Positions 18,416 to 27,380 of a stretch of 64,000 nt of DNA are shown here, one piece after another. Origin of the DNA: Clostridia bacterium (GTDB taxonomy: Bacteria; Bacillota; Clostridia; Christensenellales; Aristaeellaceae); assembly GCA_017526525.1 (NCBI GenBank), contig JAFXRG010000053.1, positions 29,765-93,764 of the forward strand, written 5' to 3'. Made by a program: the position numbers and the translations under genes. The notes under the pieces were generated by a model. That model saw only the letters and a list, made by a program, of their open reading frames with translations. It did no database searches and was not told where the DNA came from. Numbering within the stretch: the first letter of the stretch is position 1; each line of letters begins with the position of its first letter.

Positions 18416-19228
18416 CTATCTGGCGGTAATCACCATGGGCTCCGCCGCAACAGGCACCCGGCAAACCGTCCTGCCGGGATATTTTGCGTCCAGGTAATCC
18501 CGGAATGCTTCCGGATCCCCGGTGTTTCCCGCAAACATGTCCCAGTGGCCGGGAATCACCTGCCGGAATCCGCACTCCCCGGTCAGGTCCGCCGCCTCCT
18601 GGAAGGTCATGTTGCCGATCAGGTTGCTTCGGTATTTTCGTCCGTCCCGGCCGTTGATGGGCACAATGGCCGCGTCCACGGGACCGAATGCCTGCAGCTT
18701 GCCCAGCATTCCCTCGTAGCGCAGCGTATCCCCCGCGTGGTAAATCCGAAGGCCGTTTCCCTCAATGATATACTGCAGCGCGGGATACAGGCCCGTTTCC
18801 GGATCCCGGTCCAGGAACTCGTGGGCGGCGGCAAGGGCGTGAATCGTCACGCCGCCGATCCGCAGGGTTTTCCCCTCATTGATGCCCAGCGCGTTTTCCG
18901 GCCGCACCCCGTCCGCCAGCACGGCCGCCCGGTGGGCCTCCGGAAAAACAAACTTTGCCTCCGGGCAGGTCCCGGCCCAGATCTTCCAGGCATAGTGATC
19001 CATGTGGTCAATATGGTCATGGGTGCCCAGGAAGGCGTCAATTCCCGCCACCTCTTCCGCCGGCACGGGCGGGGGCGTCTGCCGGCCTTCGTCCGGCGCG
19101 GCGTAATAGTCCACGGAAACCGTGGTGTTCCCCATCCGGATCCACAGGCCCATCTGGCCCATCCACCAAAGCACGGCGGTGCCTTCCGGCGCCGCCGTAT
19201 TCAGTACGTTCTGCAGCATTGGATGCAT
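18416..19228 (-). CDS. MBL-fold metallohydrolase (UlaG-like)
   Basis: WMGQMG, THDHIDH, AAH, YHAGDT, PING, PGHWDMF. Confidence 0.85.
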   Translation of the reverse strand: MHPMLQNVLNTAAPEGTAVLWWMGQMGLWIRMGNTTVSVDYYAAPDEGRQTPPPVPAEEVAGIDAFLGTHDHIDHMDHYAWKIWAGTCPEAKFVFPEAHRAAVLADGVRPENALGINEGKTLRIGGVTIHALAAAHEFLDRDPETGLYPALQYIIEGNGLRIYHAGDTLRYEGMLGKLQAFGPVDAAIVPINGRDGRKYRSNLIGNMTFQEAADLTGECGFRQVIPGHWDMFAGNTGDPEAFRDYLDAKYPGRTVCRVPVAAEPMVITAR

Positions 19229-19245
19229 GCGTACGCTCCTTCCGC

Positions 19246-19554
19246 TTACCGCTTCATGCCCACCAGGGAGGCGGCAATCCAGCCGACGCCGGACCTTCCG
19301 TTCTTGTCCGTGAACTGCACCTGGACAAAATTCCGTCCGGACACCGGGTCATATTCCAGCTTGTCCGAAATCGTATCCACAACCGTCCCGTTTTCCAGCG
19401 AGGCAATCTGTCCGGTTCCCTTGGCGGGCCCCTTCCGGACCGCCGCGTTCAGGCCTTCCACGCCGGTGTTCACCGTCCGGTATACACCGCCGTTCACCTG
19501 TTCCATGCTGTCCAGGCTCAGCTCCTGAATGTTCTTGTTCTCTTCCATTTTCAT
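19246..19554 (-). CDS. Small protein: double-glycine leader plus SH3b-like domain
   Basis: RBS AAGGAG; leader ELSLDSMEQVNGG; then NAAVRKGP...IASLENG...VQVQF...GWI. Confidence 0.7.
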   Translation of the reverse strand: MKMEENKNIQELSLDSMEQVNGGVYRTVNTGVEGLNAAVRKGPAKGTGQIASLENGTVVDTISDKLEYDPVSGRNFVQVQFTDKNGRSGVGWIAASLVGMKR

Positions 19555-19672
19555 TCATTCTCCTTCATCCGCTTCCGCGGTTTTTCGCAGGTTTCGTATA
19601 TTAATACGTACCCGGCCGGCCCGATGGAAACGTTTCGGAAAAAAACACGGAAAAAATCCGGAAAAAGGGCTC

Positions 19673-20833
19673 TCAGCGCAGCGCCCCGGCAAAGGATTCC
19701 GCCTCAAACCGTTCCTTCAGCCCCAGCCATTCCGCGCAGGTGGCGGCAATGTCCGCAAAGGTTTTCCGGGTGCCCAGGTCCACGCTTTTGTCCATGCCCG
19801 GGGTATAGGCCAGGATCGGGATGAATTCCCGGGTATGATCCGTTGATATATCGCAGGGGTCGCATCCGTGGTCCGCCGTGATGATCATCAGGTCCCCGTC
19901 CCGCAGCAGGCCGGTCATTTCCGCCAGCCGCCGGTCAAAGTCCTCCAGCGCGCCGGCAAAGCCCTTCGGGTCGTTCCGGTGGCCGTAAACGGAGTCCGTG
20001 TCCACCAGGTTGGTAAAGCACAGGCCGTCAAAATCGGTCTTCATGAAGCGGATCAGCGCGTCCATGCAGGCCGGGTTCCCGGCGGCGTGATCAATCTTCG
20101 TCAGTCCGTCGTGGGCGAAAATATCCTCAATCTTCCCGATGCCGATGGATTCCAGCCCGGCTTCCATCACAGCCCGGGGCAGGGTCCGCCCGCAGGGCGG
20201 CATGGAGAAATCCCTCCGGTTTCCCGTGCGGCTGAAGCTTCCGGGCTTTCCCACAAAGGGGCGGGCAATCACCCGGCCCACGCCCAGGTCCCCCTGCAGC
20301 ATTTCCCGGGCGATCCGGCAGAATTCATACAGTTTTTCCGGCGGAAACAGCTCCTCGTGGCAGGCAATCTGGAACACGCTGTCGCCGCTGGTGTACACAA
20401 TGGGCGTCCGGTTCCGCAGGTGTTCCTCCCCCAGCTCCTCCAGGATCACGGTGCCGGAGGCCGGTTTGTTGCCGATGCATTTGTGCCCGATGGCCTTCTC
20501 ATAGGCCTCCATGAATTCCCGGGGAAAGCCCTCCGGGAAAACCGGAAACGCCCGGGTAACCCGCACCCCCGCAATTTCCCAGTGGCCGGAGGTGGTATCC
20601 TTGCCCTTGCTGACCTCCCGGGCCCGTCCCCAGGCGCCGGTGACCGGTCCGTCCCATGCGTATCCGGTGCTCTCAATCCGGCCCAGTCCCATACGCGCCA
20701 TGTTCGGCAGCTGCGGATGACAGGCCTCAATCACGTGTCCCAATGTATTGCTTCCGGCGTCTCCGTATTCCGCCGCATCCGGTGCTTCACCGGCGCCTAC
20801 CGCGTCCAGTACCGTCAGAAAAACACGACTCAT
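19673..20833 (-). CDS. deoB: Phosphopentomutase
   Basis: VLDAVGAGEAPDA, GKDTTSGHWE, YTSGDSVFQIA, GHRND, ITADHGCDP, TDHTRE. Confidence 0.95.
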   Translation of the reverse strand: MSRVFLTVLDAVGAGEAPDAAEYGDAGSNTLGHVIEACHPQLPNMARMGLGRIESTGYAWDGPVTGAWGRAREVSKGKDTTSGHWEIAGVRVTRAFPVFPEGFPREFMEAYEKAIGHKCIGNKPASGTVILEELGEEHLRNRTPIVYTSGDSVFQIACHEELFPPEKLYEFCRIAREMLQGDLGVGRVIARPFVGKPGSFSRTGNRRDFSMPPCGRTLPRAVMEAGLESIGIGKIEDIFAHDGLTKIDHAAGNPACMDALIRFMKTDFDGLCFTNLVDTDSVYGHRNDPKGFAGALEDFDRRLAEMTGLLRDGDLMIITADHGCDPCDISTDHTREFIPILAYTPGMDKSVDLGTRKTFADIAATCAEWLGLKERFEAESFAGALR

Positions 20834-20873
20834 CGGTCTCGCTCCTTTTTCAGTTTTCTTCGTTGTCCCCCCG

Positions 20874-20902
20874 AATATACCAGATTTTCCGGAAAATCTC
20901 AA
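20874..20902 (-). promoter_or_regulatory. deoB promoter with overlapping 18-bp palindrome
   Basis: Minus strand TTGAGA-17-TATATT; AGATTTTCCGGAAAATCT at 20882-20899. Confidence 0.5.
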
Positions 20903-20991
20903 GTTTTTCCTTTTCCCCGGGGTATTCAGGAAAAAAGGTTCATGGTATAATCAGCTCATCCAAAAAGTATTGATCTGAAAGGGGAAATGTT

Positions 20992-21774
20992 ATGTCTACC
21001 GTATATTCTCCCGAAGAAGAGTTCCACCTGAAAATCCGTACCGGCGATGTGGGACGCTATGTCCTGCTCTGCGGGGATCCGGCCCGCTGCAGCAAAATCG
21101 CCGCCCTGTTTGATTCCTCCGCCTTCGTGCAGTCCAACCGGGAATACACCATTTACACCGGCACCCTGGAAGGGGAAAAAGTCAGCGTCTGCAGCACCGG
21201 CATCGGCGGTCCTTCCACCGCCATCGCCGTGGAGGAGCTGATCCACTGCGGCTCGGATACCTTTATCCGCGTCGGCACCGCCGGCGGCATGGCCCCCGAA
21301 GTGCTGGGCGGGGATGTGGTCATCGGCACCGGCGCCATCCGGATGGAGGGAACCTCCCGGGAATACGCCCCGGCGGAATATCCGGCCGTGGCGGATTTCA
21401 GCATCGTTTCCTCCCTGGCGGACGCCGCCCGGGAAGCCGGGGTCCGCTACCACGTGGGCGTGCTGCATAACAAGGACAATTTCTACGGCCAGCACAGCCC
21501 GGACACCATGCCCGTCCGGGAGGAACTGAAGGCCAAATGGAAAGCCTTCCTGGACTGCGGCGCCCTGGCCAGCGAAATGGAATCCGCCGCCCTGTTCATC
21601 GTCTGCGCGGTCCGGCGGGCCCGGGCCGGCTCCCTGATGCAGGTCTTTGCCAACCAGACCCGCCGGGAAATGGGCCTGGAGGATCCCATGGTGCTGGATA
21701 CGGACGCGGCGGTCCGCGTCGGCGTCCTGGGCCTGCGCAAGCTGATTCAGCGGGACCGGGCTGCCGCCGAATAA
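20992..21774 (+). CDS. udp: Uridine phosphorylase
   Basis: GDPAR, NREY, STGIGGPS, FIRVGT, EGTS, FYGQ, SEMES. Confidence 0.9.
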   Translation: MSTVYSPEEEFHLKIRTGDVGRYVLLCGDPARCSKIAALFDSSAFVQSNREYTIYTGTLEGEKVSVCSTGIGGPSTAIAVEELIHCGSDTFIRVGTAGGMAPEVLGGDVVIGTGAIRMEGTSREYAPAEYPAVADFSIVSSLADAAREAGVRYHVGVLHNKDNFYGQHSPDTMPVREELKAKWKAFLDCGALASEMESAALFIVCAVRRARAGSLMQVFANQTRREMGLEDPMVLDTDAAVRVGVLGLRKLIQRDRAAAE

Positions 21775-21879
21775 CCCGGCTTCGTTGACAGAAACCGCGC
21801 CCCTGCGATATCATAAAACGATTCCGCGGCGGAAACCCCAGGGTCCCGCCGCGGCGCAATATCACTTGGAGGAAACCCC

Positions 21880-23004
21880 ATGAAACAGAAAAAACCCATT
21901 CTCTGGTGGATCTCCCTGCTGGTCCTGCTCCTGGTCATTCCCTTCATCGTTCCCTCGGCCGTAATGGATGCCGACGCGGAAGGAGAAGCCGTGCTGGAGG
22001 ACCTGGAAGAGGTGCCCGAAGTGCCGGCGGCGGATCCCAACCGGCCCGAGATGACCTACGACGGCTGGACCATCGGCTGGACCCTGGCGGACCTGCCGGC
22101 CTATGAACCCGTCACGCTGGAAAATCCCTTCCCGGACGCGCTTCCCCTGGGCGGCCCCAAGGAAAAAAGCAGCACCCCCGTGCCCTACGCTCCGCATGAG
22201 GATTCCTTCCTGCCGGACCAGGCCGGCTACCTGGACAGCACCCTTTCCGTCCGCATTGAAACCCGGGTGATTATGAATACGAAAGTGTTCTTCACCTTTG
22301 TGCAGATCGCGGATCCTTCCCAGCTGCGTACCGAGGTTTTCAGCGGCAACGGCACCGCCGTCCATAACAAAACCGGCAAATTCAAGTCTGTCCTGGCCAT
22401 CAACGGCGACTGGTACTACGCTGATGAAAAAGGCGGCCTCGGCTACATCTTCCGCAACGGCCATAACCTGCGGAAAATGCGCTTCGGCGAGTTTGACGGC
22501 CTGTTTATCGATGTAAACGGGGATTTCCATATCCTCCGCCACGCGAAAAAGGAAGACGTGGAAGCCGCCCCCTTCTTCGGCAGCATCCTCCACAGCTTCG
22601 TTTTCGGGCCCGCCCTGGTGATCGATGGGGAAATCGTCACCCTGAATTATGCCTCCATGCCGAAAGCGGGCAACATGCCCTCCCGGGATACCGCGGACGG
22701 TATTCTTTCCCGCAAAACCGGCGCCTATCACCAGACCCAGCGCACCGTGCTGTGCCAGATGGGCCCCCTCAGCTACCTGATCATCACCGCCGAAGGGCCG
22801 GAACAGTCCGACGGCGGCGGCTTCCCCACCTCCATTATGGCGCAGCTGGCCAAGGATATGGGCGCCCTGCAGGCCTTCAACCTGGACGGCGGCTCCTCCG
22901 CCCAGCTGGTGCTGGGCAATGACCGCCTCAACGCCCTGGGCAACGGCGGCAAAAGCAAGCGCGCCATCGGCGATATGATTTATTTCGCCACCGCCGAACC
23001 GTAA
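21880..23004 (+). CDS. Secreted phosphodiester glycosidase (NAGPA family)
   Basis: LAINGDWY, FGPALV.DG, QRT, AFNLDGGSS; upstream TTGACA-18-TATCAT. Confidence 0.85.
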   Translation: MKQKKPILWWISLLVLLLVIPFIVPSAVMDADAEGEAVLEDLEEVPEVPAADPNRPEMTYDGWTIGWTLADLPAYEPVTLENPFPDALPLGGPKEKSSTPVPYAPHEDSFLPDQAGYLDSTLSVRIETRVIMNTKVFFTFVQIADPSQLRTEVFSGNGTAVHNKTGKFKSVLAINGDWYYADEKGGLGYIFRNGHNLRKMRFGEFDGLFIDVNGDFHILRHAKKEDVEAAPFFGSILHSFVFGPALVIDGEIVTLNYASMPKAGNMPSRDTADGILSRKTGAYHQTQRTVLCQMGPLSYLIITAEGPEQSDGGGFPTSIMAQLAKDMGALQAFNLDGGSSAQLVLGNDRLNALGNGGKSKRAIGDMIYFATAEP

Positions 23005-23052
23005 GGCATTTCCCTTCGCCCGATTTCAACCTGAAAGGAAGAATGGCTGACC

Positions 23053-24138
23053 ATGGAACCGATCTGGACGCTGGGAGCCCTGCGGGTCACCCCATACAGC
23101 CTGATGATTTTTGCCGGCGCGGTCCTGGGCATCCTGCTCGCCGCCCGGAAAAAGGAAGCCCGGCCGGCCCTGCCGCTGATGCTCCTCCTGTCCCTGCTTT
23201 TCGGCCACTGGTTCTGGTGTCTCTTCAATATCAATAACACCGAGGAACCGGTTCTGCAGTTCGTCCTCTTCTGGCAGGGCGGCTACACCCTTTACGGGGC
23301 GGTGTTCGGCGGCCTCCTGGGCGCCTTCATCGCCTCCCGTGTGCTGCGCCGGCCCATGGCGGAAATCACCGATGCCGCCGCTCCCGGCGCCGCCGCCGCC
23401 CTCCTGCTGGGCCGCCTGGCGGAATACTTTGCCGGCACGGGCTACGGCGCCATCGTGGAAAAGGAAAGCTGCTGCTTCTTCCCCCTGGCCTTTGTCACGG
23501 ACCAGGGCGAGGATTATATCGAATGGTCCTACGCCGTCTGGTTCTGGGAGGCCGCGGCCGCCCTGGTCATCCTGCTCCTGCTGCTCTGGATCGCCCGCAG
23601 GGCCCGCCGGGGCGAAGTCACCGTCTGGTTCCTGGCCCTCCTGGGCACCACCCAGATCTTCTTCGAGCAGTGGCGAAACGACGATTACGTCACCACCTTC
23701 AACAGCTTCGTCCGCTTTTCCCAGGTGGCGGCCCTGCTGACGCTGGCGGTGCTGCTGGTTCTCCTGTTCCGGGCCCACCGCCCGGACGGCGCCGCGGTGT
23801 GCCTGAGCCTCACAACCTTCGTGCTGGCCTCCCTCACCGTGGTCTGCGCGGAGTTCTCCTTTGATAAGCCCTGGTTTGACCTGTGGATGCGGGTGGGCCT
23901 GGTGGCCGCTCCCCTGTCCGCCGCGGTGCTCCTGCGGCTCACCCGGGGCGGCGGCGGCGTCCTGCCCGGCGTTTCCCTGGTGCTGTGCGGCGCACTTTTC
24001 AGCCTGCTGCATTTCCTGGCGGACTGGAGCGAGGATACCGTCATGCTCTATACCGCCATTGCCTTCTCCGTGTTCCTGCTGGGCGTCACCCTCCGGGAAA
24101 ACATGGCTTCCGGCCGTCCCGAAACGCCCTGCCTCTGA
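23053..24138 (+). CDS. Divergent prolipoprotein diacylglyceryl transferase (Lgt)-like membrane protein
   Basis: WQGGYTLYGAVFGG, D..APG....LGR, G.G, FPLA, FFEQWRND. Confidence 0.7.
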   Translation: MEPIWTLGALRVTPYSLMIFAGAVLGILLAARKKEARPALPLMLLLSLLFGHWFWCLFNINNTEEPVLQFVLFWQGGYTLYGAVFGGLLGAFIASRVLRRPMAEITDAAAPGAAAALLLGRLAEYFAGTGYGAIVEKESCCFFPLAFVTDQGEDYIEWSYAVWFWEAAAALVILLLLLWIARRARRGEVTVWFLALLGTTQIFFEQWRNDDYVTTFNSFVRFSQVAALLTLAVLLVLLFRAHRPDGAAVCLSLTTFVLASLTVVCAEFSFDKPWFDLWMRVGLVAAPLSAAVLLRLTRGGGGVLPGVSLVLCGALFSLLHFLADWSEDTVMLYTAIAFSVFLLGVTLRENMASGRPETPCL

Positions 24139-24149
24139 GACAGGCCGGC

Positions 24150-24193
24150 AGAAAAAGAACCGGGCCCGAAAAAACGGGTCCGGTTCTTTTTCT
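24150..24193. terminator. Bidirectional intrinsic terminator
   Basis: AGAAAAAGAACCGGGCCCG...CGGGTCCGGTTCTTTTTCT hairpin with A and T tracts. Confidence 0.8.
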
Positions 24194-24202
24194 ATGCTTT
24201 TG

Positions 24203-24340
24203 TCAGGCAAAACGGATTTCGTCCAGGGTGCAGCGGATCACCTCATCCACGTCGTCCTCTTCCGGAGCGTCCGTCCCCATCAGCCACGGATGCGCTTCCT
24301 CCCACAGGGAGATTTGCTCTTTGCGTGATTCCTCATCCAT
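24203..24340 (-). CDS. Small acidic protein, 45 aa (below the ORF-track cutoff)
   Basis: MDEESRKEQISLWEEAHPWLMGTDAPEEDDVDEVIRCTLDEIRFA; RBS AGAGGA; promoter TTGCGT-17-TACAAT (24381-24409); terminator downstream. Confidence 0.65.
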   Translation of the reverse strand: MDEESRKEQISLWEEAHPWLMGTDAPEEDDVDEVIRCTLDEIRFA

Positions 24341-24447
24341 TGCCCGTCATCCTCTTCTCTTTTTTCAAAATCCACAAGAGATTGTACTCAGGCCGGGACA
24401 GAAACGCAAGATCTGTTTCGGTTTTTCCCTGTATTTTTTCGGGTCGT

Positions 24448-25446
24448 TTACGGCATTTCCGTGGTGCCGATCCCGATCAGCGAGGTCACGGACCGCACAA
24501 ACATCCGGTTCTGGAAAACGGCTTCCTTGTTCAGCATCCGTCCCCGGAAGCACAGGGCCATGGTGTTTCCGCCGTCCAGGTTCAGGGCCTGGGTCACACC
24601 CTTTTCCTTCATCATTTCGGCCACCCGCTGCAGGATGGTCCCCTTGCTGTCGTCCCGCCGGCCCTGGAAGGAAAGCAGCAGGTAGTGGCCCGGCTCAATC
24701 ATGCCCAGCGCCTGCCGGGGCTCCACGCTCCGGTAAAAGCTGCTGTAAACCTGGTCGTTGATCTCCCCGTCCCGGATCAGGATGGGCCCGAAGCTGAAAA
24801 CGTTCAGCGCCCCCTTCTCCAGCAGTTCCTCCGCCTTGTATTCATTGCATTCCGCAACCTCCAGGTACCCGTCCCCGTACTGGATCATCATGGCCAGGTT
24901 CGGCAGGTAGTAATACCGTTTGCTGTAGGTCCGGGTGCCGATCACCTGTCCCTCCCGGATAATCAGGCCGGTCCGCTTCTTGTCGTCAAACATGCGGTCC
25001 GCATAGAAGTCATCCGTGAACCCCAGCACAAATTTCTCGTCCCGGGCAATGTCGTAGGGATAACGGCCGCTTTTTCCGGGCCGGTCGGGATTCGTCATCA
25101 CCGTGCGGAACCGCTGTTCCCCCCGGGTCCGGATGTCGGTTTCAAACCAGATCAGGGGAATGCTCGTATCCCGGTACCGGCGGATCACCACCTGCAGGTC
25201 CCCGCTCAGGTACATCCACAGCCCGCCGGCCTCGTCCTCGTGAATAAACTCCCCCTCCGCCGCCAGGAAGCCTTCCGGATCCCGCTCCGGCGTGTCCGGC
25301 TCGCTCACCGGCGGTTCCGTCACCAGCGGCGGCCGGGTGGCGCGGGGTTTGTCCTCCGCTCCCGCGGCGCAAAACGGTGCGGCTGCCAGCAGCAGCGCCG
25401 CCGCCAGTGCGGCCGCCCTGCGGATCCTCTTTCCCGGAATGTTCAT
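24448..25446 (-). CDS. Secreted phosphodiester glycosidase (NAGPA family)
   Basis: FSFGPILIRDG, EPRQALG, ALNLDGGNT; signal peptide. Confidence 0.85.
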   Translation of the reverse strand: MNIPGKRIRRAAALAAALLLAAAPFCAAGAEDKPRATRPPLVTEPPVSEPDTPERDPEGFLAAEGEFIHEDEAGGLWMYLSGDLQVVIRRYRDTSIPLIWFETDIRTRGEQRFRTVMTNPDRPGKSGRYPYDIARDEKFVLGFTDDFYADRMFDDKKRTGLIIREGQVIGTRTYSKRYYYLPNLAMMIQYGDGYLEVAECNEYKAEELLEKGALNVFSFGPILIRDGEINDQVYSSFYRSVEPRQALGMIEPGHYLLLSFQGRRDDSKGTILQRVAEMMKEKGVTQALNLDGGNTMALCFRGRMLNKEAVFQNRMFVRSVTSLIGIGTTEMP

Positions 25447-25640
25447 GCTTTCATCCTCCCTGCCGTTTCCCGCTGATTTTTCCTCATTCTATCAGTTTCC
25501 CGCAGGCTTGAAAAGTTTATTTTCCCCTTTTTGGCCCTTCGCAGGAATTTTCCTTGATTCCCGGGCATTCTTTTTTGTATAATGATAGGAGCGCATCCCC
25601 CGCGGATGCGCTGAAGCAGCAGAAAAGGAGCGCCCCGAAC

Positions 25641-27329
25641 ATGGAAGAAAACAACGTCCGCAGCAATTTTATCTGGGACGCCATCGACAAGGATCTTGCC
25701 GACGGCCGGTATACGGAAATTCATACCCGTTTCCCTCCCGAGCCGAACGGCTATATGCATATCGGCCACTGCAAAGCCCTGATCATGGATTTCCTGACGG
25801 CGGAAAAGTTCGGCGGAAAATGCAACCTCCGCTTTGACGACACCAACCCCGCCAAGGAGGACACGGAATACGTGGAATCCATCAAGCGGGATATCCACTG
25901 GCTCGGCTTCCACTGGACCGGCGGGGAGTTCTATGCTTCCGATTATTATGACAAATGCTATGAAATCGCCGAGGAGTGGATCCGCCGGGGCCTGGCCTAT
26001 GTGGACGAGCTCTCCAAGGATGAAATGCGCGAATACCGGGGAACCCTGACCGAGCCCGGCAAAAACAGTCCCTGGCGGGACCGCCCGGCGGAGGAAAGCC
26101 TGGACCTGTTCCGCCGCATGAAGGCCGGGGAGTTCCCGGAAGGCAGCAAAACCCTCCGCATGAAAATCGACATGGCCTCCCCCAACATCGTCATGCGGGA
26201 TCCCGCCATGTACCGGATCCTGTACAAGGAGCACTGGCGCACGGGAAACAAATGGTGCATCTACCCCATGTACGATTTTTCCCATCCCATCGGCGACGCG
26301 CTGGAAGGCATCAGCCATTCCATGTGCTCCCTGGAGTATGAAATCCACCGTCCCCTTTACGACTGGGTGGTGGAAAAAAGCGCGGACATGCTGCCCGCCC
26401 GTCCCCGCCAGATCGAGTTTTCCCGCCTGAACATGACGGGCACCGTCATGAGCAAGCGCTATCTCCGCCAGCTGGTGGAAGGCGGCTACGTGGCCGGCTG
26501 GGACGATCCCCGCATGCCCACCCTGTCCGCCATGCGCCGCCGGGGCTACCCGGCCATGGCCATCCGCAACTTTGTGGATACCATCGGCATGAGCAAGGCG
26601 GATTCCACCGTGGATTACGCCGTACTGGAGCACTGCGTCCGGGACGTGCTGGGAGAAACCTCCCTCCGCGCCATGGCCGTCCTGAACCCCCTGAAGGTGG
26701 TCCTGACCAACTGGCCGGAAGGGGAAACCAAACCCGTCCGCCTGGAAAACCATCCGGATCATCCGGAAGCGGGCGAGCGCGAAATCGCCTTCGGCCGGGA
26801 AATCTGGATCGACCGGGACGATTTTATGGAAGAACCCGTGAAAAAATACCAGCGGATGTTCCCGGGCAATGAGGTCCGCCTCAAGGGCGCCTACATCGTC
26901 CGGTGCGACGGCTGCGAAAAGGATGCCGAAGGCAACGTCACCGAGGTGCACTGCACCGTGGACCTGGATTCCTTCTCCGGCAGTGCCGGCGCGGACCGCA
27001 AAATCAAGGGCAAAACCCTCCACTGGGTTCCCGTCCATGACTGCATTCCCTTTGAAGCCCGCCTGTACGAGCCGCTCCTGAACGACGAGCTTCCCGAAGA
27101 CGCGGAGGAAGAAACGGACAAAAAGGATTTCATCTCCCGCCTGAACCCCGAAAGCCTGAAGGTCTGCCGCGGCTATGCCGAAAAAGTCATCGGCGAAGCG
27201 GAAACCGGCACCTCCTTCCAGTTCCTGCGCACCGGCTACTTCTGTAAGGATCCGGATTCCACCGCTTCCCTGCCGGTGTATAACCGCACGGTCGGATTGC
27301 GGGACACCTTTGCAAAGCAGACAAAATAA
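25641..27329 (+). CDS. glnS: Glutamine--tRNA ligase
   Basis: TRFPPEPNGYMHIGH, YPMYDF, MSKR, GWDDPRMPT, FQFLRTGYF; RBS AAGGAG. Confidence 0.97.
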   Translation: MEENNVRSNFIWDAIDKDLADGRYTEIHTRFPPEPNGYMHIGHCKALIMDFLTAEKFGGKCNLRFDDTNPAKEDTEYVESIKRDIHWLGFHWTGGEFYASDYYDKCYEIAEEWIRRGLAYVDELSKDEMREYRGTLTEPGKNSPWRDRPAEESLDLFRRMKAGEFPEGSKTLRMKIDMASPNIVMRDPAMYRILYKEHWRTGNKWCIYPMYDFSHPIGDALEGISHSMCSLEYEIHRPLYDWVVEKSADMLPARPRQIEFSRLNMTGTVMSKRYLRQLVEGGYVAGWDDPRMPTLSAMRRRGYPAMAIRNFVDTIGMSKADSTVDYAVLEHCVRDVLGETSLRAMAVLNPLKVVLTNWPEGETKPVRLENHPDHPEAGEREIAFGREIWIDRDDFMEEPVKKYQRMFPGNEVRLKGAYIVRCDGCEKDAEGNVTEVHCTVDLDSFSGSAGADRKIKGKTLHWVPVHDCIPFEARLYEPLLNDELPEDAEEETDKKDFISRLNPESLKVCRGYAEKVIGEAETGTSFQFLRTGYFCKDPDSTASLPVYNRTVGLRDTFAKQTK

Positions 27330-27380
27330 CCGCGCCCGCGCCAGGGCGCTGAACCATGAATTTTTCCGGAGGAAACACCT

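Noticed and set aside
25447-25640. T-box leader before glnS-gltX
   Set aside because: The promoter is only about 57 bp from the start codon; no T-box consensus or room for stem I.
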